Below, piece after piece: positions 31,065-41,045 of a stretch of 64,000 nucleotides of DNA (the stretch's first letter is position 1; every line of letters begins with the position of its first letter). Source of the stretch: a virus. The stretch lies in the IMG/VR virus record IMGVR_UViG_3300028584_001241. One strand, given 5' to 3'. The position numbers and the translations under genes were made by a program. The notes under the pieces are model-generated. The model was given only the letters and a program-made list of their open reading frames with translations, was not told the DNA's origin and ran no database searches.

Positions 31065-31913
31065 ATGATAGATAAAAAAGATGAATGGTTAAAAGAAGCA
31101 ACTTATAAATTAGCATTATTAACAGAGTTTGAGGGGCATTTTCTAGTTCCTGATGGAAAGACACTTAACGCATTTTTAAAACGACCTACCTTAATATTAA
31201 AAATGATGAATAAAGGATATCCAGATATATGTCAAGAAGCCTTGGACCAATATGAGAATTTTGAAAAAAATAAAAGTTCTATAACACTAGATAAAGATGA
31301 TCTGAAAGAATTAGAGCAATCTTATGAAAAAGGATTATCACCAAGTGAAGCTGCCATTAATATCATTAAGTTTTGTGACACACCAGCAGAAGCGGGTAGA
31401 TACATAGCAAGTTATAATCCAGATATGTTTTCTACATTATTCATAATAGGTATATTCATCGGTATATTAGGCACTGCTTTTTATTTGTATGGAGCGGTAA
31501 AGGAAAAGGTTGCTGTCAGAGATGCATCAGAACATATGTTAACTGTTTACAAGAATGCTGAAGAGTTTAATGAAAAACAGAATGACAATTTAAATAATGA
31601 AAAAGCCATTAAATCTGGGATAGTTCCAAAAGAAATGAAAGTTGAAGAGAATAAAATAACCAATGCATGGGAAGGTGCTGTTGTAATTGAAAGCACTCCA
31701 AGCTTTTTTAAATTAACTTATGCTCATGTGCCCACTCATGATAGCTGTGTAGAATTTTTAGAAAAACAAAAAAATACAGGATGGAATTCGGTTGTTGTAG
31801 GAACTCAAAAATTTGAAAATTACAGTGAGATAACTAAATTAGAACTTTTAAAAGCCTGTGATTTAGAAGATGATCATGTTGATATGATTTTCGAAAAAAA
31901 TAAAACGATGTAA
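31065..31913 (+). CDS. membrane protein with PilS-like type IVb pilin C-terminal domain
   Basis: TM helix then ITNAWEGAVVI, FKLTYAHVP..SC, ACD. Confidence 0.65.
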   Translation: MIDKKDEWLKEATYKLALLTEFEGHFLVPDGKTLNAFLKRPTLILKMMNKGYPDICQEALDQYENFEKNKSSITLDKDDLKELEQSYEKGLSPSEAAINIIKFCDTPAEAGRYIASYNPDMFSTLFIIGIFIGILGTAFYLYGAVKEKVAVRDASEHMLTVYKNAEEFNEKQNDNLNNEKAIKSGIVPKEMKVEENKITNAWEGAVVIESTPSFFKLTYAHVPTHDSCVEFLEKQKNTGWNSVVVGTQKFENYSEITKLELLKACDLEDDHVDMIFEKNKTM

Positions 31914-31935
31914 ATTAGAACAAAAAAAGAACTTG

Positions 31936-32382
31936 TTAACCAAGTTCTTTTTCAACAAGCCCTTTTAATTTACTCATGTCTGTTTTACCATTCAATTGAC
32001 TTTTAATTAATTTCATTACATCACCAAAAGCAATAACAGGTTTTTCAGTTCGAGCTTCTACAATACTAGCACGAATAATAGTTAACACATCTTCATCACT
32101 TAATTGTGTTGGCATGTATTTAGATAACAGTTCGATTTCAGCAGAATCCTTTTCAACCAATTCCTTAATGTCTTTGTATTTTTCATTTTCAATAGTGTCT
32201 TTTCTCTGACGTATAAGCGTTTTCAAAATAGCAATTACATCAGCATCAGTAACTTCTTTCTTGGTGTCTACTTCTTGTTGTTTAATAGCAGAAAGAATAT
32301 AGCCTACTACTGTCTTAGTAAGGTTATCTTTTTCTCTCAATGCTTTGATTCGTGCTTGTGCTATTTCATCTTTTAATGTCAT
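31936..32382 (-). CDS. GatB/YqeY domain protein
   Basis: ILSAIKQQEVD, RQRKDTI, EIELLSKYMPTQLS, GKTDM. Confidence 0.88.
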   Translation of the reverse strand: MTLKDEIAQARIKALREKDNLTKTVVGYILSAIKQQEVDTKKEVTDADVIAILKTLIRQRKDTIENEKYKDIKELVEKDSAEIELLSKYMPTQLSDEDVLTIIRASIVEARTEKPVIAFGDVMKLIKSQLNGKTDMSKLKGLVEKELG

Positions 32383-32488
32383 GATATCCTCCTTATTTGA
32401 ATTAATTTCTTACAATACAGTATTAGAGGTCGTTTGTAAAGATATTTATATCCAGTATAATAGTATTAAAACCATAATGGGGCTTGCA

Positions 32489-32923
32489 ATGGATAAATTA
32501 TATTTAGGCATGGGCTGTTTTTGGAGTTCACAATACTTATTTAAGAAACACTACCCAGACGTAGAAACAAATGTAGGGTATACAGAAAACGGTGTTGAAT
32601 TACTTGAAATATCATATTCAAGTTTAGAACAGTTAGATAAATACTTGGGAACGTTTTTTGAAAATCACTCATTCACATTAACTGATATTCCAGAAAAATA
32701 TCAAAGTTATATCTTTTACACTAATGAAGGTCACTATCCCAACATTTTGTATGCATTTAACCACTTCAATCAAAAAATAAAGCTTTCTGGTAGAGTAGGT
32801 GCGTCAAAGACCAAGATACACAGAATGGGCAGGTATATTCCAGCATCTGAACATAATCAAGACTATTTGGATAAAAATCCCAATGTTAAATGTGTGTTAG
32901 GTTTTAATGGTGTCTATTATTAA
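32489..32923 (+). CDS. msrA: peptide methionine sulfoxide reductase MsrA-like
   Basis: GMGCFW, VGY, ASEHNQDYLDKNP; start moved to ATG 32489. Confidence 0.75.
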   Translation: MDKLYLGMGCFWSSQYLFKKHYPDVETNVGYTENGVELLEISYSSLEQLDKYLGTFFENHSFTLTDIPEKYQSYIFYTNEGHYPNILYAFNHFNQKIKLSGRVGASKTKIHRMGRYIPASEHNQDYLDKNPNVKCVLGFNGVYY

Positions 32924-32976
32924 CATCTGACATTAAAGAGAAAAGTTATAAAATAAAGCTTTTAAAGAAGCTTTAT

Positions 32977-33366
32977 ATGAAATCATTATTTGCTAGTATA
33001 TTTGCAATGATATTGTTGTTTGTTTTGATGGCTCTATTCATACTTAACATAGATAAATTAGGGAATTCAATGAATAACAAAGATAAATCAACTATTGATG
33101 AGTACAAACAAGTTGAAAATGTTTTAAATTTTAAAATGACCGGCTATAAAAATGAGTATCAATTAGTATTTAAAAAATCGCCAAACATTGAACCAAATTC
33201 CAGCTTAAAAATGAGCTATATCTCTGATCCCGGTTATGTTGAATTGTATATTAATGATCAATTAGCTTATGGAAAAGATGATGATGTTGTTTTTAAAGAA
33301 ATATACCGAAATAATAAAGACGGCAGCATTTCAAAAGAAACTGTTATTTCAAATAAGAAAATTTAA
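32977..33366 (+). CDS. membrane-anchored hypothetical protein
   Basis: N-terminal TM helix. Confidence 0.65.
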   Translation: MKSLFASIFAMILLFVLMALFILNIDKLGNSMNNKDKSTIDEYKQVENVLNFKMTGYKNEYQLVFKKSPNIEPNSSLKMSYISDPGYVELYINDQLAYGKDDDVVFKEIYRNNKDGSISKETVISNKKI

Positions 33367-33398
33367 ACCAATAAAAAAGAACCCGAAGGTTCTTTTTT

Positions 33399-35267
33399 TT
33401 ATTTCTCAATCAACTCTTTTACTTTTTCATACAACACGTTTCTGTTGGCATTCTCTGCGGGGATAGGCTCACCTATTTCAATCGTAATCCTTCTTAAAAA
33501 CTTACGTGGCATTCTCAATTTGTATTTTCGGCTAAACATACTGCCATAGATACCTTTAATTGCTACTGGAATAACTGGGACAGGTGTTGATTCAATGATT
33601 TTCTCAATACCACTCTTAAACATCTTGAGTTCACCATCATGAGTAATCGCACCTTCTGGGAATATGCACACTAATTCACCGTTTTCTAAGGCTTCTTTTA
33701 TCTTGGCATAACATTGTTCCAAGATTTTAGGATCTTCCTTAATACCAGCAATAGGGATACCTCCCATTTGTCTAAACAACCAGTTCAATACAGGAATGTT
33801 AAAGATTTTGTAATACATGATAAATCTCATCGGTCTTTTTATTTCACTGGTGATAATCAATGCGTCCACAAAACTAACATGGTTAACGGCAATAACAGCC
33901 GCTCCTTCACTTGGAATGTTTGAAAGATTATGTGTCTTTATTCTATACATGAATGTCAAGACAAACCATGTCATAAAACGTAAGTAAAACTCAGGAATGG
34001 TTTTGTAAATGTAATACGCCACAACCCAGTTAAACAAAGATAATGCTAAGAACAATTGACTTATGCTTAGGAATTTAAGAAAGATAATTGCAACAATAGC
34101 CGAAGCAACCATAAAGATAGAGTTCAATATGTTGTTAGCCGCAATAATACGTGACATGTGTTCTTTGATGGTTCGTGTTTGAATCATTGCATACAAAGGA
34201 ACTGTATAAAATCCACCAAATAAACCAATACAGAATAAATAAGTGCAAAGGTAAATACTTCTTGGGTCTTCTTTAAATTGATCAAAGGTTAGTAATGTGT
34301 TGTTGACTACCAATGATAATGAATCAAAACTTTTAACTTCAAAAAACATTAGGATACCAAACAAGGTGATACCAAATGAACCAAAGGCAACTAATCCTAC
34401 TTCAATGTAGTCTTTTGAGATACGTTCACATAACATGGACCCTAAACCAATACCAATAGAGAACACAACAAGAAATAGTGTCACAACGGATTCAGAATAA
34501 CCCAGTTCACTTTTTACAAACTGTGGAAGCTGCGTAAGATAAACAGCACCTAAGAACCAAAACCATGACACAGCAAATATTGACATGACAACTGACTTCT
34601 TTTGTTGCTTCATAATTTTAAATACATCAGAGGTGGCCGTAAATATATTAAAATTGATTTTGGTAGTGGTATTTAGTGATTGAGCCTTTGGTATGAACAA
34701 ACTGGTAACAAAACCCATGACTGAAATCGCTAAAATGACCACTGAAACTAACGCTTCACCATTTTGTTGTGAAATTAAAGCGACACCTAACATGGTACCG
34801 AGTAAGATGGCTAAGAAGGTGCCCATCTCAATAAAACCGTTGGCTGCCATGATTTCTTTTTCACGTAAGTGTTGTGGTAAGATACTGTATTTTAATGGCC
34901 CAAAGAAGGCTGATTGCGTGCCCATTAGAAATAATACAGCAATCAAACCATTAATTGTATTCATGTAAAAAAACAGTGCAGCTAACACCATAATGAGAAT
35001 TTCTGATAATTTATTCATCTTGATTACAAAAGATTTTTCATACTTATCAGCGATTTGACCGGCAAGGGCTGAAAATAAGAAAAAAGGTGCAATAAACAAC
35101 ATTGCAGATAAATTAACATAAAAATTGGTATCTGTTTGTAATTTAAAGACTATCATCATGATTAACGCATTTTTAAAAACGTTGTCATTAAAAGCCCCAA
35201 AGAATTGGGTTAAAAATAAAGGTAGAAATTTCTTATTTTTCAAAAGTGATGCCGTGTGGCCTTCCAT
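33399..35267 (-). CDS. MFS transporter - acyltransferase fusion (LplT/PlsC-like)
   Basis: TQFFGAFNDNVFK, about 12 TM helices, NHVSFVD and FPEG acyltransferase motifs. Confidence 0.92.
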   Translation of the reverse strand: MEGHTASLLKNKKFLPLFLTQFFGAFNDNVFKNALIMMIVFKLQTDTNFYVNLSAMLFIAPFFLFSALAGQIADKYEKSFVIKMNKLSEILIMVLAALFFYMNTINGLIAVLFLMGTQSAFFGPLKYSILPQHLREKEIMAANGFIEMGTFLAILLGTMLGVALISQQNGEALVSVVILAISVMGFVTSLFIPKAQSLNTTTKINFNIFTATSDVFKIMKQQKKSVVMSIFAVSWFWFLGAVYLTQLPQFVKSELGYSESVVTLFLVVFSIGIGLGSMLCERISKDYIEVGLVAFGSFGITLFGILMFFEVKSFDSLSLVVNNTLLTFDQFKEDPRSIYLCTYLFCIGLFGGFYTVPLYAMIQTRTIKEHMSRIIAANNILNSIFMVASAIVAIIFLKFLSISQLFLALSLFNWVVAYYIYKTIPEFYLRFMTWFVLTFMYRIKTHNLSNIPSEGAAVIAVNHVSFVDALIITSEIKRPMRFIMYYKIFNIPVLNWLFRQMGGIPIAGIKEDPKILEQCYAKIKEALENGELVCIFPEGAITHDGELKMFKSGIEKIIESTPVPVIPVAIKGIYGSMFSRKYKLRMPRKFLRRITIEIGEPIPAENANRNVLYEKVKELIEK

Positions 35268-35467
35268 TCAACAATCTCCTATTGTTTTATATTTACAATT
35301 TACCATTGCTTTATGATCCTTTCAAACATTTTAAAATATAATAACATTTATATTTATAAAAAGTGCTACTGCGAAATCAATATTACTATAATGTTTTATT
35401 GAGATATTGCCATTTATTGTCTTTCGTAGTATAATTAAGGCTACTTTTGATGATAGAGGATAAATTA

Positions 35468-35752
35468 ATGGAACTTAATAAAGAAGAGACTATAAAAGCA
35501 TACAAATCATTAACGCCCGAGGCTCGTTGGGATAAAATGTATGAAGCTGCTGAAGGTTTCATTAATAAGGAAGGTAAACTTCCGCCTACTGATCATCAAG
35601 TGAATGGCGTTACACTGATTAATTGGATTCGCTCCCATTCGTCAACCAACCAGAAAAATGAAGAAAAACGCAATAAAGTAAAAAAGATATTAGCTGAATC
35701 AGGTGTCTTTTCGTGTCTCGTTAATACTTGTATAAGTTTTAGTTATGAATGA
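35468..35752 (+). CDS. small protein with helicase-associated (HA)-like domain
   Basis: WDKMYE...F...EGKLP...LINWIR; 3' end runs into the antisense of 35699. Confidence 0.55.
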   Translation: MELNKEETIKAYKSLTPEARWDKMYEAAEGFINKEGKLPPTDHQVNGVTLINWIRSHSSTNQKNEEKRNKVKKILAESGVFSCLVNTCISFSYE

Positions 35753-35947
35753 TTTAATTAGAAGCAATATGTTGGTAACAACAATTATTATCAGTGAATA
35801 ATTAATAAACATATCAATATAGGGAACTGACTCAAAATAGTTATCACCCACTATAAACCTGATCGCAATCAGAAGTAAACACCCTACAATATTCAGAGAG
35901 TGATAATTATACAGGTAGAAACTGGGTATGCTAATTTTTGACATCAT
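35699..35947 (-). pseudogene. truncated paralog of 36667..37422
   Basis: PSFYLYNYHS...KSFITKTYTSI matches only the N-terminal third of its paralog. Confidence 0.6.
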
Positions 35948-35968
35948 TTAATAACTCCAACTCATATG

Positions 35969-36664
35969 TTAGGTGCTTAATATTTCAATCAATACAAAAT
36001 CATCATCGGTCATGTCATTAAATTTTATTGATTTTTGCTCAATATACTGTCTAAAAATTGTAAGATTATAGTGTTTACATTTAAATGTAAACGTATTTTT
36101 TTTGTCGCATAAAATGAATTTTTTATTTTTTATTATATATTCATTAAAAAAACCATCTTCTGTTACATTAACATTCATCAGTTCATCTTCACTTAAATAA
36201 TCAAAAAACCAATGCTGTATGTTTTTATCACCAATGAGTACGATATCAATTATTGATAAAAAAAACATTATTAGATGAAAACCTGATTGAAAAATTATTA
36301 ATATTATACAACCTCCTATGTAATTATGATTAACTACATTCTCTAAAACAGGCGTTGTCAATTTCATGCCTACTAAGATCATAATAGTAAATGCCAACAA
36401 TAAACAAAATACTACTTTTGAAAAATAGCTTTTTGAATAAGCCACTGAAGTTACATGACCTTTCATTTTACTAAAAATGACATTAAATAAATTCATAACA
36501 AAGATAGTTAACGCAAAACAATTGAGAGCAAAAAAAGAACTATAAGTCATATCGCTTAAAGTCCCGAAATTAAAATTCATAAACATTAGATTAAGCCCAA
36601 TAATAATAAAGTAAGCGATCAATGCAAAAGAGTTAAATTCCAGTTTCCAAATTTTATTTAACAT
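35969..36664 (-). CDS. multi-TM membrane protein
   Basis: Paralog of 36667; HWFFDYL; ends DDFVLIEILST. Confidence 0.75.
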   Translation of the reverse strand: MLNKIWKLEFNSFALIAYFIIIGLNLMFMNFNFGTLSDMTYSSFFALNCFALTIFVMNLFNVIFSKMKGHVTSVAYSKSYFSKVVFCLLLAFTIMILVGMKLTTPVLENVVNHNYIGGCIILIIFQSGFHLIMFFLSIIDIVLIGDKNIQHWFFDYLSEDELMNVNVTEDGFFNEYIIKNKKFILCDKKNTFTFKCKHYNLTIFRQYIEQKSIKFNDMTDDDFVLIEILST

Positions 36665-36666
36665 TT

Positions 36667-37422
36667 TTATATCCCTAACATTTCGATAACAGTTAGTTCT
36701 TCGTCACTTAAATCATCAACTTTAAAATTATTAATAGTGATATATTCTCGAAAGGCATTCAGTTTAAGTTTATGTTTTCTAATGACCACACTGTTATCCG
36801 TTTCATCAAGAAGAAAGCCTTTGAAATAAACAGATACGACTTGTCCGTTAGCTGAAACATTCTTAACTCTTCGCAACTGTTTAGTATTCAAGAAATCCAT
36901 AATCCAGTGACTGTTGATTACAGGTGAGGTATATCGAATGTAAGTCCCTTTAATAGAAAGAAAGACAAAATGACCGACTGCCACAATGTACATAAAATAA
37001 AATAAACACATAGTGCCTAACATCCAGTCTTGTGATGGAAACTTGATCACATTAGTTTCATTAACATAAGAAGAAATGCACAAGGCATGAAACATTGATT
37101 TTAAGAGGACAACTCCATACACTGAATAAACCGCCAAAGAGTCCGACATAGTATGTTGTATTGAAGAATAAGACTTCGAAATAAAACTTTTTGAATACAA
37201 ACATAAGTTCACAATAATAAGTGCGGCAAGCATGAACATAATGGGAAATTCTAAGAAATGTCGCATACCATTGAGTGACCAGTCATCTTTCTGAGGGAAC
37301 GGCAGTGCCATAATAAGAAAAAGAGTAGAATTGAACAATACAAAAGAATGGTAATTCTTAAAGTAAAAAGAGGGTAACAGGGATTTCACATTCATTTGTA
37401 TTCGCTCCATTTCAGCAAGCAA
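36667..37422 (-). CDS. multi-TM membrane protein
   Basis: HWIMDFL; ends DEELTVIEMLGI. Confidence 0.75.
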   Translation of the reverse strand: MLAEMERIQMNVKSLLPSFYFKNYHSFVLFNSTLFLIMALPFPQKDDWSLNGMRHFLEFPIMFMLAALIIVNLCLYSKSFISKSYSSIQHTMSDSLAVYSVYGVVLLKSMFHALCISSYVNETNVIKFPSQDWMLGTMCLFYFMYIVAVGHFVFLSIKGTYIRYTSPVINSHWIMDFLNTKQLRRVKNVSANGQVVSVYFKGFLLDETDNSVVIRKHKLKLNAFREYITINNFKVDDLSDEELTVIEMLGI

Positions 37423-37538
37423 AGTATAAGTGATTGGTCAAATTTAGGCAAGATATTTTTTAATATATTTTATCAAAAAAGTCTTTATTTTACTCAAATA
37501 CTATGATATTATAGGGAAATAACTAGGAGAGTAGCGAA

Positions 37539-37736
37539 ATGAAAAAGCAAAAGAATCAAAAGCCACAAGAATCAAGAAATTTCGTTGCTAAATATATGCA
37601 TGAAATGGGTAACTGTGGTCTTCGTGTTGTAGAAGATAAAAAAGCCAAGTCTAAACGTGGCGAAGGTAAAAATTCATTCAATAAGGCTTCTTTGAGAAAA
37701 GATTCTTCGGAAGCCTCACGATCTGTTACTCTATAA
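37539..37736 (+). CDS. small basic protein, possibly ArfA-like
   Basis: AGGAG SD; RNFVAKYMH...RVVEDKKAK; hairpin 37684-37716 inside the 3' coding region. Confidence 0.55.
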   Translation: MKKQKNQKPQESRNFVAKYMHEMGNCGLRVVEDKKAKSKRGEGKNSFNKASLRKDSSEASRSVTL

Positions 37737-37755
37737 ATCCCCACCTTTTTAATAA

Positions 37756-38295
37756 TCAGAATTGCTTTTCTTTCTCAATATCCAACAACCTCTTCTTTCT
37801 AAACACATTCCATCTGTATCCAGTATTCTTATCACTTTTGCTGACTACTCTATGACAAGGCACTAACACCGCTATTTTATTCTTGCTACAGGCTGTCGCC
37901 ACAGCTCTCACTGATTGTGGTTTACCAATAGCTTCGGCTATATCAGTGTAACTCGCTGTTTTACCAGTAGGGATGTTCATAATAGCTTTCCATACGTTCA
38001 TTTGGAAGTCTGAACCATCCATATGTATTTGAACTGAATGCGGAACAACTGGATTTTTAACATGGTTAAAGATCTCTCTGATATTGTCATTAAGAATACC
38101 TTCTTCTATTTTAAAATTAGGATACTCTTTTTTTAGATTATAAATGTTGTCTTCTTTTGTATTATCAAGACTCACAAAAACAACTTGATTGTCTGAATTG
38201 ATGGCGATAAGGATGTTATCCAAGTTTAAGCTGTCTTCCAAAAAATAAGTGAGCGTTTTCATAATTTTTCTCGATGGTTTAGTTGATGTTATCAT
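37756..38295 (-). CDS. ogt: methylated-DNA--protein-cysteine methyltransferase
   Basis: FQMNVWKAI..IPTG, RAVATAC, PCHRV active site. Confidence 0.92.
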   Translation of the reverse strand: MITSTKPSRKIMKTLTYFLEDSLNLDNILIAINSDNQVVFVSLDNTKEDNIYNLKKEYPNFKIEEGILNDNIREIFNHVKNPVVPHSVQIHMDGSDFQMNVWKAIMNIPTGKTASYTDIAEAIGKPQSVRAVATACSKNKIAVLVPCHRVVSKSDKNTGYRWNVFRKKRLLDIEKEKQF

Positions 38296-38381
38296 ATCAC
38301 CAAAGCAAAAAAAAACAACCCGAAGGTTGTCTTAGCTGTATAGTTGGTTTATCTATTACAAAGTGTCTTGGAATAACTCAA

Positions 38382-39383
38382 TTAACTATGCAAATAAAGC
38401 TTATAATTTTCCGGTTTATATTCTTGTATAACGCCATCAATAGATGTCCAAAACCGTGCCATTAAACATTTTGGTGGCCTTTCGTCAGTTTCATAATAAT
38501 ACTCAATGACAATGGAATCATTTTTCTTTATCTGATCCAACGCAATATCTTTTGAATCCTCATCAAAGCCGGGATAACTATCACTACGCATAATGCAATA
38601 ATCACCCGATGGATGAAGTTTTTGAACTATTGCTTTAAACCCCTTATCAGTCACTACCATATAACGTTTAGAATAAATTTTACCATCAATTTTTCTTTGG
38701 TGACTAAATAATTTATTTTTAAAGTACACAATATCCTTATGTTTAGACGTTCCCATCATTAGTTTTCTTACATTTGAGCCAAATAACAAACCCGCGTATT
38801 TTTCGACAGGGTTATACTCATTGAATAGTTTCACTAACTTTTCTGATGTCTCAACAGGGATTCCAATTGTCTTAAAATGATCTAATTTCTCAATTATTTC
38901 GCTGCCAAAATAAATCGAATGGCCTTCTTCTGCATTGTGCCCCATAATGTCAATAATCATATTGCCATAATCAACATAAATTGATGATTTATAAATAGCG
39001 GGTTCATTATCTATGATTTCTTTGTATTTTTGAATAAAGACAGCCTCTCTGGAATTTTGAATAGTTTCCAATGGCGTGTATGGAATTAAATTGCCATCGA
39101 GTGTTCGATAGAGAACAGTTCCGTCTGCCCAATCATGTGGTGGTCGTGTTAAGGGCAACATCTTGTCAGCAACTAACAACGGCTCATTCAATGAACTGAT
39201 TGGCAATGTCGATTCTTTTTCAAGGATTGTTTGCATTTCAAAATAGTTAGCAGCACCCAATGTTTCAGAAAACAGTTCCTGAGCTTGTGATAATGTTATT
39301 TTTAGACCATATTTTTCTGCATTCTTTTGTAGTCTTTTGGTGTAGCGATTAAAATTTTTCGAATTGATGCTAATGTTTGACAT
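38382..39383 (-). CDS. protein with Glyoxalase_8-like N-terminal helical domain
   Basis: KRLQK...GLKITLSQAQELFSETLG..NY. Confidence 0.6.
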   Translation of the reverse strand: MSNISINSKNFNRYTKRLQKNAEKYGLKITLSQAQELFSETLGAANYFEMQTILEKESTLPISSLNEPLLVADKMLPLTRPPHDWADGTVLYRTLDGNLIPYTPLETIQNSREAVFIQKYKEIIDNEPAIYKSSIYVDYGNMIIDIMGHNAEEGHSIYFGSEIIEKLDHFKTIGIPVETSEKLVKLFNEYNPVEKYAGLLFGSNVRKLMMGTSKHKDIVYFKNKLFSHQRKIDGKIYSKRYMVVTDKGFKAIVQKLHPSGDYCIMRSDSYPGFDEDSKDIALDQIKKNDSIVIEYYYETDERPPKCLMARFWTSIDGVIQEYKPENYKLYLHS

Positions 39384-39639
39384 AATTATTCTCCATTAAA
39401 ATAGTTTTATAATTCGACAAATAGGAATCAACTTATTTTAAGGATCAATTAAGTTGGGTGTTTGATTAATTAAAATTTAATCATTGATACCAGTTCGGTT
39501 TCGCCATCTAGCCTATTTAGCACGCTCTCAATAAAGCATTGAACCAATTATAGCTAAAATATAAAAAAAGTCAACAAAAACTTGATAAAAATAGTCGGTT
39601 CATGTATAATCCATAACAATTATATAGAGGTATCTGACG

Positions 39640-40215
39640 ATGACACTTGAAGAAAAAATTTTAGACATTCTTAACAAAGATAAAAAAGACGTGAGAATAC
39701 CTGAACCATCAAACAAAACGGACTCAGAAATTTGGCTTTATACTCATAAAGATAAAGATAACTCCTTCCAGATTTTTTTTGCCAACATAACTAATGGAAA
39801 TATGGCTCATATCAGAAGAGATGAGGATTCAGAAAATTATGATAAAGTTTTTGAAGCGTCCGATAAGGAAATATACAATAAAATTATTGAAGTCTATGAA
39901 GAAAATATGGCTTTTTTTAATCGTTATAAGTCTATTATAAAAAATGATAGAAACGTGCGTATTTATCTAGAAGATCCTTATTTTTACTACAACAAGCGTT
40001 CTAAAAAATTGTATGCTATTCCGACAATAAAAGTCCAAACTATTGCGGCGTCGTTCTCATTTTATCTCTATCCAAGTCAACTAAAAAAAATAAATATTGC
40101 TGTTGATAAAATTTACGAAGACTTTTATCAGCATCTTTTTCAATTCTTTTTAGAGAAACCATTGAATAAGTATTCAGAAGAAGAATTGACATTGTTCCAC
40201 ATGATTAAAATTTAA
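39640..40215 (+). CDS. hypothetical protein with C-terminal tail motif
   Basis: Ends SEEELTLFHMIKI. Confidence 0.7.
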   Translation: MTLEEKILDILNKDKKDVRIPEPSNKTDSEIWLYTHKDKDNSFQIFFANITNGNMAHIRRDEDSENYDKVFEASDKEIYNKIIEVYEENMAFFNRYKSIIKNDRNVRIYLEDPYFYYNKRSKKLYAIPTIKVQTIAASFSFYLYPSQLKKINIAVDKIYEDFYQHLFQFFLEKPLNKYSEEELTLFHMIKI

Positions 40216-40227
40216 GGAATAACTATA

Positions 40228-41016
40228 ATGAAAGAACAAGAAATCAAACACATTGAAGCTTTCAGTGATTTTTTTGGAAAGTCTATTAGACCTGAATACA
40301 CCACTTTAAGAAATGAACGTGGTGATTACCATGTCACGAACAATTCGCCTTTTGATAATAAAATACTTCGTTGTCATTTTAAAAAGTGTGCATTTCCTGT
40401 CACTATCGCAGAAACCATCTATAATCATGATTGTAGCTTTCATTTAACTAATATGAGTGTGAGCGATGTCGCCTACCTTTTTAGAGACAACGATTATAAT
40501 TATGATGTAGTTGAACAAATCATCAATGAGCTATTTAAATTCGGTCAAGTTTTTAGCTTCTATACTGAAATGTCACCTATTCAAAATATTAAGTTGGAAA
40601 ATAACTTCAATAAGAATGGCATTCAAAAGGCTGTATTTGTTCCTACAGTGACAAAGTTAGCACTTTCAACAGTATTAGCTGACAAAAATGCAAGTGGTAA
40701 GCCAACAAAGAAAACTGCCATCGTTCATTTAGCTTTTATGATATCGGATGACAACGAAATTCACCCTGTATTAAACTTAGCAATCCCCTATTCAGTCTCA
40801 AAATTTACTCGGTTTTCCATTCATCTTCATCCATCTAAAAGAGATGAACAAATTAAGCATATTCCTATCATTTTAAAAGAATTTGAAAATTTGCTGATTG
40901 GACACTTAGATTTTGTGCTGACAAAATTTTTAAAAATTAAGAAAAATGAATTATCTAAGATGACGCTAGAAGAAAAAAAGAATTATCTTCCGGTTATCGA
41001 GATGGCTAGAATTTAA
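40228..41016 (+). CDS. paralog array member 1 of 7
   Basis: NYNYD..INELF..G, NEIHP, LHPS; ends VIEMARI. Confidence 0.8.
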   Translation: MKEQEIKHIEAFSDFFGKSIRPEYTTLRNERGDYHVTNNSPFDNKILRCHFKKCAFPVTIAETIYNHDCSFHLTNMSVSDVAYLFRDNDYNYDVVEQIINELFKFGQVFSFYTEMSPIQNIKLENNFNKNGIQKAVFVPTVTKLALSTVLADKNASGKPTKKTAIVHLAFMISDDNEIHPVLNLAIPYSVSKFTRFSIHLHPSKRDEQIKHIPIILKEFENLLIGHLDFVLTKFLKIKKNELSKMTLEEKKNYLPVIEMARI

Positions 41017-41045
41017 ATTTAACGACATTAAAGAGGAGTCAAAAA

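Noticed and set aside
25991-34968. Short antisense ORFs inside 25315, clpA and the MFS gene (and similar ones elsewhere)
   Set aside because: Shadow frames of well-supported genes, with no SD or recognisable motifs
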